Shown here one piece after another: positions 31,531 through 47,499 of a stretch of DNA of 64,000 nucleotides; position 1 is the first letter of the stretch, and each line of letters begins with the position of its first letter. This stretch comes from the human T2T-CHM13v2.0 reference genome, Homo sapiens. The DNA lies in the NCBI RefSeq assembly GCF_009914755.1, contig NC_060935.1. One strand, given 5' to 3'. The translations under genes and the position numbers were made by a program. Under the pieces are notes generated by a model that worked only from the letters and a program-made list of their open reading frames with translations, was not told the DNA's origin and made no database searches.

Positions 31531-32139
31531 AAGTCCCTTCCAGCTCTGATGTTGTTCTGGCCTTAGTGCCTTTGTCTCTATCTGGCTGACTAGGAGTGCC
31601 AGTGTTCCAGTGACCATGGCAGAGGGGGTCATTACAATGACAATGGTGACGTAATGGAGTGGGGTTATAGTTGAAGAAATAAACCCTTTCAATAACCACA
31701 ATCAACAGCGGCCTGGTTAAAAACAGACAAAAGCAAAACTCATGGTGTGACCTATACTATGGAATAGTGGAGAACAAGTACAGAGCCTAAGTTCGGGTGA
31801 CCCTTACTGACTGGGAAAGGTGTGTCCTTTCCTGTCTCCTTCAGGTGCTCAAAGCCTGTATCCACAGGGGAACTTGGAAGACTGTAGAACCAGTGAAAGA
31901 GAGGACTGATGTAGAGACAAAATGTCTTAACTGGAACCTGGGAGGGAGAAGTGATCTCCTGTCTCATCTCCATCCTGCCCCATGTCAGGAGGAGGGAAGT
32001 AGAGAGAGAAGTTCTTTTGAGAGGGAGCCTGTGCCCAGCCTCCCTGCCTGTCTGTTGTAGAGGTGGCTGGGGGACAGCCACCCAGAAAGGGCAGGTTGTG
32101 TGTAGACTGTGTTAGAAAATCCATACAAGGGCTTTTTAG

Positions 32140-32293
32140 GTTTTTAAGATTATTTTTTTTTTCCTGTAGAGATGGAGGTATTACTGTTTTGCCCAGGCTG
32201 GTCACAAACTCCTGGCGTCAAGGGATCCCCCCCGCCCCCTAACCTTGGCCTCTGAAAGTGTTGGGATTACAGGTGTGAGCCACTGTGCCTGGC
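32140..32293 (-). mobile_element. FLAM/Alu left monomer
   Basis: Single-arm Alu; TSD CATACAAGGGCT. Confidence 0.82.
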
Positions 32294-34509
32294 TCACATA
32301 CAAGGGCTGTTTTGAAGAAAGGTGTTCTTGTCCCAGGGCAGGGCCTCTAGACAACAGAGGCAGGGGACCCTCAGCCATACTTGAATGGCGAGGGTGAGGC
32401 AGGAACAAGACGAACTCTCCCCGGTCTCTTGGCATCACGTAACTGGAGAGGTGGGGAAGGAAATCCAAGAAGGCCCAAGGCTAATGTTTTCTGCCAGTCT
32501 AGTGGGATGGGGACTTGATACAGAAATTAAATAACATTCTTGCTCTTGCCCACTTAAGTTTTGGTCCAAGATCCCCCTCACGACAGTAACACAATGCAGA
32601 AGGGTAACTCCTACGGATGGCCTGGTTGCTCTATACCCTTGAGGCCACTTAAGGTCAAACTCAGCATCTCCTTGCATCCTCTAAAACAGCCAACACCCAG
32701 TCCATTGGTTTAAAAAAATGAAAGCTTTACTGAGCTCTTTACAGAGAGCTAGAAAAGTTGTAATTCACACAACTCACAGCAGAAACTTAGTAAACCCCCG
32801 TATTTCTCCTGTACCCCCAGTGGTCTTCTCCTTTGTGTGTATCTCATATCTCCTCTTCCTTTCTTCCACACGGTGTCTTTTTTAAAAAACATGCCCATTG
32901 TGACCCAGAGCAAGTCAATATTTGCCTTCAGCTTGCTTACCCACTTAGGACTTCTCTAGCAAGTCTTGCTCCCTTCCCAAGCTGCTGGTCATCCCCAAAC
33001 CTGCTCTCTTCCTGGGAAGATTACTGAGGATAAGATTTTCTCCTTTTTGTTTCACCAATAGTTGTTGAGTGCTTAGTATATGCCAACCACTTTACGTGTT
33101 TTAAATCTCACAGTAACCCTGCCTAGTAGTTACAACTATCGGAGAACTGAGACTCAGAGAGGTTAAGCCCCATTCCCTAGTGACACAGCTGGAGGAGTTG
33201 GTGAAGAAAAGACCCAAACTCAGTGAGGCCTGGCTTCAAAGCCTGTGCTGTTAACCACTTCCCAAAGGGATCCTGGGGGTATCGAGGATTTTTCTGCTTC
33301 TGAGACTTTGGCTCCTGAGGAAGGAGCGCAAGGCCCAAAGAACAGACCTTTGGGGAAACCTGTGTATCTGTGCCTTTTGCCTTTTCTCTGTGTTAGAACC
33401 CGAAAGAAAGGCCTAGTTCTGTCACTGTTATCAGTCGGGGGTCAGATGGGAAGATTCGAGGGTGATGGGGCCCTGCTCCCTGGGGCCTTATACCCGTGGG
33501 TGAAACAGGTACACAAATGACCCTGCAGTGATTTGCTTTGGAGACAGCTGCCACTGCTGATGGAAGGAAATGTGTGTGAACAGCACGGCGACAGCTCTGG
33601 GTCTGGCCCAATGCTGTGGAATCCCATAAGGTGTGCTGGCTGAACCCGCTCCCTGCTCAGGGCCACAGTGTTGCAGACTGTCTCTCAGAGTTCAGCCAAA
33701 GAGGACTCTGCTCTCTGGCCCAGCCAGGACCTTGACAGATGCCTCTGGCTGGCACAGCATGGCCTCAGCTGTCTGGGCCTGGAGGGTCCTGCTAGAGCTG
33801 GGGCCGAGGCCAAGTGATGCGAGGGCACTGCTCAATAACTTCCCATTTCCTGTATGTTCCTCTCTTCTCCCCAGAGGGACTTCAGCTCCTATCCCCTGAG
33901 CAGAGCTTGCCTAAAACCAAACTCTGTGGTGGGGAAGTTTAGGTCCTGGCATTACCCCTGACCAGCTGTGTGACCTTGGGCCAGTCAACCTCCCTAAGCC
34001 TCAGCTGTCAAATAGGAAGAATAACCTCTCTTTTATGGGTTGTGTGTGTGAGAAAGCCTGGCACAAAGGAGACACTCGAGTCAAGCTTTTCCACTTTCAG
34101 GTCAGCCGAGGGCTTCTTGTCTGAAATCCCAAGATGGTCACTGATATTTATTTTTATTTTTGTTTTTTTAATAATTGATTGAGTTCCTACCTAGTGCCAA
34201 GTCTTTTATTACATTTTCTGGCTTAGTCACCATCTCTCTTTAAAGCAGGTAGTATGATTGCTATTACCAAGTTGAGAATAAGGCAGAGAGAAAACCTTGG
34301 TTGACCAAGGTCATCCAGCAAAGAAGGTGTCAGAGTCCGGGTTCCTACTGGGGCAGCCTTCTGAGATACAGGGATGGGCTTAGGCAGGGGTGGGATAGAT
34401 GAAGAAGGCGAAAACGGGAGTGGAAGCTATCCCTTTGGAAGGGGGTGTGATGTGGTGGGATGGGGGACTTGTCTGGATGCAGTGTCTGCAGAGCAAGCCC
34501 CCTGTTCTT

Positions 34510-35706
<1,197 letters not shown>

Positions 35707-35776
35707 CCCCTGTTCTTACTTAGACTTGGCTGGTTGAGTGCGTTTCCATACATAATGTATATAGTTGACTTCCTTT

Positions 35777-36127
35777 TTGCAATGGACTGAGTGTTTAGGT
35801 ACCCCCCACCCCCGAATCCTAATCCCCAAGGTGATAGTGTTAGGGGGTGGGGCCATCCGGAGATGATTACATCATGAGGGCAGAGTCCTCATGAATGGGA
35901 TTAGTACCCTTATAAAAGAGGCCCCAGAGACCTCATTTGCCCCTTCCACCATGTAAGTTTACAGTGAGAAGATGGCCACCTATGAGGAGGCAGGTCCTTA
36001 CCAGACACCAATTCTGCTGGTGCCTTGATCTTGGACTTCCCAGCCTCCAGAACTAGGAGGAATAAATGTCTGTTGTTTATAAGTCACCCAACTTACGGTA
36101 TTTTGTTAGAGTAGCACAAACTAAGCC
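35777..36127 (+). mobile_element. MLT1A/B-like MaLR solo LTR
   Basis: MaLR motifs (TGGGATTAGTACCCTTATAAAAGAG, TTGGACTTCCCAGCCTCCAGAACT, AATAAA). Confidence 0.82.
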
Positions 36128-36959
36128 ACTTGTGCACTGATGAAAACTTGCTATATAAGTGCAGGTAAGTGTGGCTACACGTGAGACCATGATTCTGTGG
36201 GAGAGGAGGGAGGAAGACCCTTCTCTGGTACTTGGCCAGAGAAGAACCTCTCCAGTCAGGGCAAACAGAAACCTGAAAGGGAGAAAGAGTGTGAGAGAGA
36301 GAGTTAGGAGTGAGAGAAACATGGAGACAGACTCACAGCCAGTACCTAACATTTACCTGCTGTAAGACGACATTGCCAAAGTGCCTCCTCATGCCCTATG
36401 TTGAGCCAAAAGGTATTTTTTAGCTAAAATTTGTACACTAAAATTTCAAATCGGTGAATATATTAAATTTGAAGGTTTTTTTCCAGTGTGTCCTTGAGGA
36501 GGTAATTATTTAATGATGCAAGTGCTCTGAGGCTTGGGCAGAGGACAGAGGCTAGAGAAGTTCTGTTTAGAAGAGCAACCCCAGCAGTGTGGAGAGAAGC
36601 ATCACCTTTTCCACTGAAGCCAGAGAAATCATGTAAAATTCCTCTGCTGCCCCAGAGACTGGTCCCCTGGTGGGTTGGAGTAGGGGAGGAGAGTGTTGAG
36701 GTGTTGCTCATTCCCCTAATGGGAAATAACCTGGCTCAGCCAGGGAGTGCACCAATGTGTAACTGAGACAGTCAGTAATGGGCATTTATTAAGCACCTGC
36801 TGTGCCAGCTGGGTTTCTCTGTAAGCCTGCGAAGTCAATATTATTGTGTCCTTAGGAAACTGAGGCCCAGAGAGGCTAAAGGACTTGTCCTAGCTCACAC
36901 AGCCCAGTAAGATTTGGAGCATAGATTGGAACCCAGGTTAAGCTGGGTCTGCTTTCTGT

Positions 36960-37135
36960 ACTGATGGTTTTCAAAAAATGTGGTCCCTGGGACCAGCAAG
37001 ATTACATGGGAATTTGTTAGAAATGCATATTCTCAGGTCAGCCCCTAACCTACTAAATCTGAAACTCTAGTCCAAACGTCTGCTTTAACAAGTCCTCCAG
37101 GTGACTGTGATTCATGCTAAAGTTTGAGAACCATT
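36960..37135. mobile_element. MER5A-like MITE (another at ~48640-48830)
   Basis: Terminal inverted repeats TGGTTTTCAAA/TTTGAGAACCA; internal GTTAGAAATGCA and TTTAACAAG motifs. Confidence 0.75.
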
Positions 37136-38355
37136 TCTCTCCACCACATTGTCTCCAATTAAGGAATAATAACTGATGGTCCCTGCCCTTAGGGGTTTAC
37201 AATATGGCTGGGAAAACAAAAGAAATATATGTTTATTTAAAAACAAAAAGTTGTCTGGGAGCTTCCTAGAAGCTTTAGGGGAAGAGGTGGCCTTGAGGGT
37301 TGGCCCAGTCTGTACAGGTGAAGAAGACAGCCTGGTTGGGAAGGATATACCAGTGTGTGCAAAGGAGGGGCCGCTGAGATACAATTTTCCAGATGCAGTG
37401 AGTGAACAAATGAGTCTTTCTAGGATAGGGTGCAGGCTGAGGGGAGTCATGGAAAATAATGGGGTGGAGGGAGGCTGGATTGTTAGTGCTTCAGAACTTT
37501 CAGCCAATGAGTTCCCCACATAGCTTCTGCTCCTATAGGCAGCCATCATTCATTTGACAATCTATATTTACGAAGCACCTGCTGTGTGTGCCCAGAACAG
37601 GGCAATGGAAGCTAAAAGCAGGCCTTCCCAGAGGCTGTGCTGTTCCCTCTTGGGGATGTCACCTCCAAATCCCCCAGCCATCTGACGACCTGCTTCTCAG
37701 CTTTTAGCACTGGGCTCCGTTGTCACTTTCTAGTTAACCCTTTCCTGGTCCTTCCCCGAGGTGGGCTGACTTAAAGGCCCCTCCCCTGCATCCCCCTTCC
37801 TAAATGCACTTATGGACTCAGAGTTAGGAGCTGCAGGCCTGACGTAGCTGCCCACTGGATGGCTGTTGGACTGTGTCGAGGGTCTGGAATCACATAAGAC
37901 AAAATTTTGCTCCTTGGTACCTGTCAGGTAAGTGATGGGGCCTGCAGAGTAGTCTGAGCTGGCTCACTGGTCTCAGGATCACCCTTGACCAACGAAGAGT
38001 CTGTGGCCAGAGTGGCCAGCTGTGCCACATACAGGCAGAGAGGGAGAGACTCTGCTTCCTTGGAGGCGGCTGCTTTCTGTGCTTGCCGAGAACCTGCTGT
38101 CATTGGCCAGCCTGCAACCATCATACTGTTTGCACACGTGGACTGTGGGGAAATAACATTTCCTTGAATTTCTCAGTGCTCCTGTAGAAAGCCCTAGTCT
38201 CCTGAGACTTGAAAATGTATATGACATAAAGGAAAAGAAGTTGTGCTTTCACCTTCCTTGGGAGCATTCTGCCCTTCATATAAGCATGGGAATCAGATCT
38301 GTAGCTATGTGTCTAGTTAATGGTTCTGTTCTAAACGGATAATAAAATGTGTCTA

Positions 38356-38615
38356 CTCATATGAGGTACCTGGAATAGTCAGATTCATAGAGACAGAAAG
38401 GAGAACGATGATTACCAGGGGCCGCGGGGCGGGGAGAATGGGAGGTATTATTTAATGGGTACAGAGTTCAGTTTTGCAAGATGAAAAGAGTTCTGGAGAT
38501 GGGTGGTGGTGATGGTTGCACAACAGTGTGAATGTACTTAATATCACTCAACCATACTTAAAAATGGTTACAATGGTAAGTTTTATGTTATGTGTGTTGT
38601 ACCACATTTTTTTTA
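38356..38615 (+). mobile_element. L1MB-like 3' UTR fragment
   Basis: Clearly homologous to 18025-18200 and 18553-18630. Confidence 0.8.
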
Positions 38616-38743
38616 AGGATAAAAGAATTCTTATCTCCCCAAGGGGGCCAAAGGGTTACAGCTAGGGCTAGGTCCCCAGGCTAAGGTCCCAAGGTGCCAG
38701 GAAGACTAGAATGCTATCTCCCTACCTAAATCCCTAGGTATTT

Positions 38744-39867
<1,124 letters not shown>

Positions 39868-41291
39868 CCCTAAGTATTTACATTCAAAAAAGTTAGAGTG
39901 AAAATCCAAGATTCTTTCTATCCCTTCTCAAAGAAGAAAAGGTTTTTGTTTTGTTTTTTCCCTTCACCTCTCAGGAGAGGAGGCAGGGACGGCTGTCTAA
40001 CTTCTGTATATAAATGGAGAAAACCATTGTTTTTGGTCTCTCACTGAGTGTCCTGCCACTCGGGGAGGAGACTTTTTCCTGTAGGCTTTTAACACATCAG
40101 GCAGGGATAAGGTCTGGGGCAAGGGAAGCTGACACACTTATTTACTGTAAGGTAACTGACAAGAAATCTGTCTCTTCTACCTCCTGTGTGCATTAAGGAT
40201 AAAATTAATAAAGATGAATACTAAAACCCCAACATGTACATATGTGTGTACCCACATGCACGCTTTCAACTGGTGGTTTATTGGGGGTCCCTAGGGAAAG
40301 GGAAAGAGCTTAGAGGATTTCCTGCAGAGAGGAGAAGTTGCTACAGGTGTAAGTGCTACAGGTGTAAGTGGGGGGGCACAGTAAGGAACAACCCTTGCCT
40401 TAGAGCCTCCCCTTAGGAAACTCCATCCTCAAGAGTGAGATGGGCCCCAAGCTGCTCTTTCTATAGCATTCATCCCAGATTTTAAGTTAATATTAATTTC
40501 AGGGCCAAGAACTATTTCTAAGCAGTTTATCTGCATTTCTTTTGATCCTCACAATTCTATGAAGTAAGTTCTATTTATACCCCCTTTATAGCTGAAGAAA
40601 CCAAAATGAGAATTAAGAAATGTGACCAAGGTCAGATTTCAGTTCTCGCCCCTGGACATTTGGAGAGCAAGTATTGGAACCCTCATATCTTAGCCTTGGG
40701 GGTCCTGTGGTCATGAAAGATCACATACCATTTTTCACTCCCAACTGTTGGCCGACTACCCAACCCTGGCAGCTGGGAGTTGGTGAGGGTTCCACATACC
40801 AAGAGAATGAACCCCTGGTGTCTTGGCCACAGGCCCCTTCCAGTGTAGGTCGCAGGGAGAGGAAAAGGGAAGAACAGGTGAAAAGGAGGAGAAAGGGCAC
40901 TTGTGGGGACAAGGGTTCTCAGGGGACACCCCTCTGTGTCTCCCTTAGATCCATTTCTCCTTCTTCTGCAACAGCCCCCAATTTTCCTTTTGGAACCCAC
41001 CTTTCCCCTTTACCTAGTCCATGTGGTACTAGAGGGGCTAACTCTAAACCCTGGCTACATGAGTGGGTGTGTGACCCAGGTCTGGCTAATCAGGGATGGC
41101 CACACCCGCATGTTGAGCTAATCAGAGTAAATCCTCAGGATTTAGCTGGAATTATTAGGAAAAAGGTGTGCTTTTCCCCCTGGGGTTGCACTACTTGGTG
41201 GAATACATTTAGAATAGCAGAGGCCATCTTGGCATCATGTGGAAAGAGCCCATCTGGGAATGAAGCCAAATAGAGGAGTCCAGAGACAGCA

Positions 41292-41680
41292 CAGTGGTTA
41301 ATCTTATGTGTCAACTTGGCTGGGCCACAGTGCCCAGATATTTGGTCGAACACATCTAGATGTTGCTGTGAAGGCATTTTCTAGATGAGATTAACATTTA
41401 AATCAGTAGACTTATCCTCCATCATGTGGGTGGGCCTCATCCAATCGGCTCACAGCTTTAAAAGAAAAAAAGTATTATGTCCTCCTAGGAAGAGAGCATT
41501 CTGCCAACACACTGGCTTTGGCCCGGAGCTGCAATATCAGCTCTTCCCTTGTCTCCAGCTTGCTGGCCTGCCTTGCAGGGTTTGGCCCTGCTGGCCTCCA
41601 CAATTGTGTGAGCCAATTCCTTAAAATAAAAATCTCTCTCTCTCTCGCTTCAATTTCTCTGGAGACCCCTGACTAACACA
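41292..41680 (+). mobile_element. MLT2-like ERVL solo LTR, probably nested in an older MLT1 LTR (~40960-41800)
   Basis: Starts TGGTTAATCTTATGTGTCAACTTGGCTGGGCC and ends CCTGACTAACACA, typical of MLT2. Confidence 0.78.
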
Positions 41681-44600
41681 GATGGCCAGAATAGATACAT
41701 CATTTTAATATCTCGATCCAGCCAAACCTGACATCTTATACTCCTGGGTTTTTCACTTAACTGGTCCTCTTCAATTGGGTTTCTGTCACTTGGAATCCAA
41801 AGGGTTCATTTCAGGAGGGAGCGGTGTGCTCACATTGACTGAAATCTCATTCTATGCCGGGCTCAATGCCCTCCTTTGACAGTTGACCTAGGCCTTAAAG
41901 GGTGCATAGGAGTTCACGTAGGCATGAGGAGGACAGGGTAGAGTGAACACGTGCAAAGACACAGAGAAGCGATGGAGCATGGCAGGCCAAGGAAACCAGA
42001 GAGGTTGATGTGGCAGAAGCAGAGGAAGTCATTTGGCAAGAACTGGGGCTGGAGAAATGGTCTGGGGGCCAGAGGATGTAGAACTTTGGATGCCAGGCTG
42101 AGGGGCACATGAAATCAGACTCCGTACATCGTTTCTTTCTCATCCACTTGAAGCAGTATAGCACTGTGGTTAATGACATGGATTCCTGGAGCAGCCCTGC
42201 CTGGTCTATACTACTTACTATCTATTTAACCTCAGGTATGTTACTTAATGCCTTGGTGCCTCAGTTTCCCTAATGAAGATAACAGCATTGGCTACCTCAT
42301 AGGATTCCACGTAATGATTAAATGAGTGACCACACATTTAGAGTTCAGCACAGTGCTTGACAAGTAGTAAACACCTAGTAGTTCGTAACAATCTTATTCC
42401 TACGAAGGCCAGTGGCAGGCTCCTGGGCTGCAAACACCAGGCCCCAGAAAGACAATTGCAGCCCTCTACCCTCTCCCTGCGTCAGGCAGCCCACCTGCCT
42501 TCCCCAGGGGGCTGCTCCTGCTCACAGAGGGATGGCCAGCCTGGCCTCCAGAGAGCTGGAATTGTCATTGCAGTGACAGGAGAGAACAGGGCTCTCAGCT
42601 CTGGAAACAGATTCTTATCCTCATCTTGGTCTTGGGAATTAGGCTGGAACTGGGTGAGAACAAGCTTCCCAGCCACACAGGCCCAAAGAGAGTCACAGAA
42701 GTACAGAGGCCATAAACTCAGCCCTTTCCCCTCTGACTCCCAGATACGGAGGCGAGAGGCTCAAAGCCAGCTCGGCAAACCCTGGGGACTAGCTGTGGAA
42801 AGCAACTTCAATGAGATGCGTAGAATGCCAAAAGTTCAGAGTCAAAGGGCATCCTTGGATTCCCAGGCTTTTTAGGTTTGTGTTTCCACTGGGTGGTGCA
42901 GAGAAAGGGCACCTCTGCCACCAACTTAGGGGGATCCTGACAAATCATCCCCTCCTTGGGTTCAATTTTCCTGAACATCCAGTGATGGGGGGGTTAGGGT
43001 CTAGGGTGGCAAACAAGGTTCATCTTTTGGGTCAGATTTGAGGAGTGGTAAGTGGCTGCCTGGCTGGCTAGTTAGAGAGTACTGGCCCATGGGCAGTCCT
43101 TGCCCTAGTTTTAGCCCTAAAATGCTCAGTCTTGGTCACTGAAGTGGATCCTGATGTCTGGCTCAGTCCTCCCACGGACTCTGGCCCCAGCAGTGTTCCT
43201 ATGGCTCCCAAAGCGAGTCAGGAGCTGATTTAGATTCTACCTCTATACAAATTCTTTGGCTCTTTCCCTTCCTACCTGGTTAATGTCAATGTCTGCTGGA
43301 GAGAACTATGCACTCTGGGTTCAACGTGAGACAACTTTCTAATGAGAGTTCATTTCCTTGATGACAATGAAGAGAGCATCACAAAAAAGGAAGCTGAAGC
43401 CCATCATAGCCTACGCACTTTGCCAGCCCTAGGTGACCTCCTGGCTGAGGGCTATGCCATCCACCTCCCCCGCCTCCTCTCAGTCCCCCTTCTTGCCCGG
43501 CCCAGTGCTCATCCTCCCTGCCCTTCTCCTCTAATCAGGAGCTCAAAGCCTCTTTACCGTCTCACTCACCAAGTCCGGATAAGGGCTGATAAACTCATTC
43601 ACTCCTGCTGCAGGTGAATTTCCAATGGTGAGATTCCAGGCACTGACTAGCTGAAGGCCTCAGCAGAAGTTTTTGTAGGGCACAAGAGGAAGTGACCACT
43701 ACCCAACAGCAGAACAGTCACTGTTCTTCAGTGGTGGGGAGAAGTGTTCTGCCAACGGCCTGGAATTTGAGACATTCCGATGGGAGCTGCCTTGCCCTCT
43801 AGAGCATATGGTGGAAACGGGTGTGCACAGTCTCTGGGACCAGAGTGCCTGGCTGGAGTCGTAGCTCTACTACTTCCTCACCGTGTGACCTGGGGCAAGT
43901 GACTTCACCTCTTTTTATATCAACTGTCTCTTAATAAAATGAGGTTGTTGATAATAATACTACCTGCCTCATGGAGTTGTTGATGGAATGTATGAGCTGA
44001 GTGCTTAGAACAATACCTGGCACTTAGTCAATGCCATCTGAGTGTGGGCTGCTATCACCAGGCTCCTGGGATGGCCAGGCATGAAGCCCAGGTGTTGCAG
44101 TTTGAAACAGCAGACAAGGGTCTAGCCTAGGCCAGGCACATGGGTGACAGCAAATAGGAGCTCCCTCCTCTTACCTGGGTTTTGGAATTTTCTCCAGAAC
44201 CAGGTTAGGTGCCTGACAGGAAAACACAGGGAGCTCGTCTGTGTGGCTGCTGTCTCTGAGCGCCAGTAATTTGAAGGTCACTGTGGCTTTGTCTTCATCG
44301 AGGACATCAGAAAGTTTGGCAGTTTCTCTGCTCCCTCTCTCTGTCCCTACCCATTGATTTCTTTCAGTCCCACATGGTAGTCGCTGCATTTTGATCTGAG
44401 CCCCTCTCCCCCGCCATGATTCTGGGAGGTGTTGAGAGTCTGTCTGTTTTATTACCAAGTTCTCGGGATCCAGCTTGGTCTGCATCCACTGTGGGATGAA
44501 GTGGGGGATTCAGCTGAACATAGGGCTGAACCTGGGGGATGGGCAGTGGGTGTGTCCCCGAGGGGCTCTCTGCAGTGTCCCACCTCAGGAAGGGGTTTTC

Positions 44601-45509
44601 CTGTGGTCCCCTCACACAGAGGCACTCTCCCTAAGACTGCCTTCCCTTGGGACCCCAGTCCACTTCCTTTCCATACCCAGGGTTTGGTGGGGGAGGAGAG
44701 ATGTCATAGTCATCCTCTGGTAGGGGTGGTGATCATGACTTGCTGCCCACGGTCCTTGCTGCCTCAGCAGCCATGTTGGGTGGGATGTGACCCCACCCCC
44801 GGCCACAGCTGATTGGACCTGTGACTGGTCCCTAACCCAAGGGTCGCCCGCTCAGGTGATTTGGCCTGATCAGATTGTACCACAGGAATTTGGAATGGGG
44901 AAACAGAGACGGGGTCAGGCGAGTCGTGCTGATACAGCCCCACCCTCTTCCTCAGAGCTAGCAGCCCTGGTCCCTGTCACCAGAAGAACTGTGACATTCC
45001 CCCTGCTGGGCCCCCGGAGTTATGCCTTCCTGCCTCAAGCCCTTGCATTTCCCATGAGCTTCTGTGGGATGTGCTTCCACGGAGGGAGTGGACCCTGCCA
45101 TCTTCCTCCCTCACATGCTGTCGTGGTGACCTCAGGAGAAGCATTGGTGGCCGTGACGTTCTTGAAAGAAGCTGGGGCACCCCATATCATAAGGTGACCC
45201 TTCGGGGCTCCTGCCTTCAGCTCTGCTTTCTGGAATTGAGCAAAATCCCTGCCACACAGACTTCATCTCCTACCATCTCTGCTGAGAAGACATTGAAGCC
45301 CAGCCCAGCCCATCTCCTGCTTTCTCAACCTCTGCTCCAAGCCAGCCCTGGCCATTTGATCACACCCTTCATGTCAGACCCAGATCACAGCACTGGGATC
45401 TGTCTATCACCCTTGAATAGGGGCCACAAACCTTATGGTTTTTTGATTTGCAGCCTTGAATCTGCTGCCCAAATCCACACTCACTCCTATAAGCTGGAAA
45501 ATAAATCTG

Positions 45510-45520
45510 TTTATTTTATT
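45510..45520 (-). terminator. USH1C poly(A) signal: two overlapping AATAAA hexamers
   Basis: Minus strand reads AATAAAATAAA, followed ~30 nt later by a GU-rich element (GAGTGAGTGTGGATTTGGG). Confidence 0.85.
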
Positions 45521-45930
45521 AATGAGCTCAGAGTAAGGTTTGGAGTGACAATCCTGGCAGCAATTAGAGCAGAGGGCAGAGGAGAGGGATGGAGAGAGAG
45601 AGACTCCAGTGGGGTCTTATTAGGGTTCAAGGAAGGAGTCCCCCAGAGCTGGGAGAGACCAAATTCACTGGGCCAGAGGAAAGGAATGAGAGTCTGGATC
45701 CTTGAGATCTTCTCCCAAACGGCTGGCTGCTCCCTTTCCTCCACATTGGCCTTCAGAAGAGTGGCCCGAGCTGTTCCTTATCTGGCCCTGGTTCAGGGCC
45801 AAAGGGAGTTTGAGATTCCTGGGTGATAGATTCAGGTCCCAAGGATGCCATCTGGTGTGTGTAGTGTGGCCTCTCTCAAGGCTGGTCCGAGGCTTTGTGT
45901 TCACGAGGTGGGGCCGGAGCTCACTGTTTC

Positions 45931-45975
45931 CTAACGGTGAATTTGGTTTCCCCTTTTGGACTTCAGAAGAAGGTC
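45931..45975 (-). CDS. USH1C: Coding part of the last exon, dual frame: (L)TFF* (stop 45963-45965, isoform a) or DLLLKSKRGNQIHR* (stop 45931-45933, long b isoform)
   Basis: Acceptor tgcag|GACCTTCTTCTGAAG; both frames read directly from the sequence. Confidence 0.93.
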   Translation of the reverse strand, partial: DLLLKSKRGNQIHR

Positions 45976-47167
45976 CTGCAGGGAAGTGGAAACAGCCCAG
46001 GTGGATACAGGCTTTGTGGGTACACACTCAGCCCAGCCAGAGCAAGGCCCCACAAGGGGGAGTACCCACTCTGGCAGCACAAGGCCCTGTCACCCTTTGG
46101 AGACCCCTCTGGGTGCAGGCCCCAAGTGGCTACACACCAGCCACAGCCACAGCACACAGGAGGCCAGGGAGAAAGCGGGAGGGACACCTGGGATGGGGGA
46201 AGGAGGAGACTGGGAGGAACAGGGGCAAGAGTCCCTTGCAAAAGGCAAGTAACAGAAAACATAGGGCCATGCAGGCCACCCCAGAAGCCATGGTCTACCC
46301 GGCCAAGTGTCTTGGGAGCATGAGGCCCTAATGTTTTGGGAAAGTTGTAACAGAAAAGTCAAGTCCAGGCTTGGGTCTGCCCCAGATGCTGCCATCTGTG
46401 GCTTCAGGCCACACCAAACACCAGTTTCACAGCCACCTGCCAGCTCTGTCCACGGGCACATCCCTATCACAGGGTGAGAAACACATCCTACAGCTGGGTT
46501 CCACGGTATATCCCACAGATAGAGCCCAGAGCCAAGGAAGGGAGAAGGCAGAGAAGACCGTTTGGTCTAAGCACGGCTCAGGCCATGACAGGGCACAACA
46601 GGACATGAGCAACTCTAATCCACCAACCCTGGTTCTTTGGACCAGCCTTCAAAACCTCTTAATAGCCCTGGTTCTGGCCAAGTGTGGGGGCCATGGTGGG
46701 GCAAGAGCTCCCAGGAGGTTGGCATTCACAGGAAGGGGAATTTTCACATTCTGTTGAGGACATCTCTTGGGGGCAATTCCAGCCAGGCTTCCTGTGGGCT
46801 CCTTCAGCCCCACATGCCTGGTTCGAGGCATTGTCTGTGTCCCTCAGAGAATGTTGCCCAGGGCTTCATCCTGCTCATTTGGGTGCTGCTTGGGACCCAA
46901 AGCAGGTCCCAGGGCCGTGATGAGTCAGGACACCTGGGTCCCAAGCAAGTACTACAGACTGGGCTTTGCACCACTTCCCTGAGGGGAGGGCTTTGAGTCT
47001 GAGGAATTCCACTGTGGCCAACAGCAGGCCCCAGGCAGCACTTCAGGGATGGCGCCTTGTGTACCCTCCAGACGCCAGTCCAAAGAACCTGCTGACAGCG
47101 TGGGCAGCAGATGGCCACTGCAAGCAGCAGGGACACACAGGGCCCTGTGGCCCGCCTGCCTATTCAC

Positions 47168-47276
47168 CGTGGGCTCCAGCTGCAGGAGGAACCCGTGTCT
47201 GTGCACGGCAGCACGGTCTTCAAGGAGCTTTCGGACCGGTTGGGGGCTTTCAGCTACGGAGGAGGGAAGAGAAGCT
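47168..47276 (-). CDS. USH1C: Harmonin alternative exon G (109 nt; ASLPSSVAESPQPVRKLLEDRAAVHRHGFLLQLEPT)
   Basis: Acceptor tatatag|AGCTTC, donor ACG|gtgaat; in ORF 46952..47305; changes the frame of the last exon. Confidence 0.88.
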
Positions 47277-47499
47277 CTATATATACAGAGCAGAGCAAGA
47301 AACACAAAACAGGCTTGGTTACTCCCAGGCAGAGCTCCATGGGGCTTCTCCTTTCACTGGGCTCCTGCCTCGGGTTCTGCCTAGCCCCTGGGTTCCAGAA
47401 TTAGGAGCTGCGAGACCCTGGTTTCTCCAAGACATGTGTAGAGCTCAGATTCTGCTGGCCACGGGGAGCAAGCAGGCCCAGCCACGACAGGGAGGCAGG

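Noticed and set aside
45071-46331. Plus-strand ORFs of 251 and 209 aa over the USH1C 3' end
   Set aside because: No recognisable family or exon structure; consistent with chance ORFs in GC-rich DNA.
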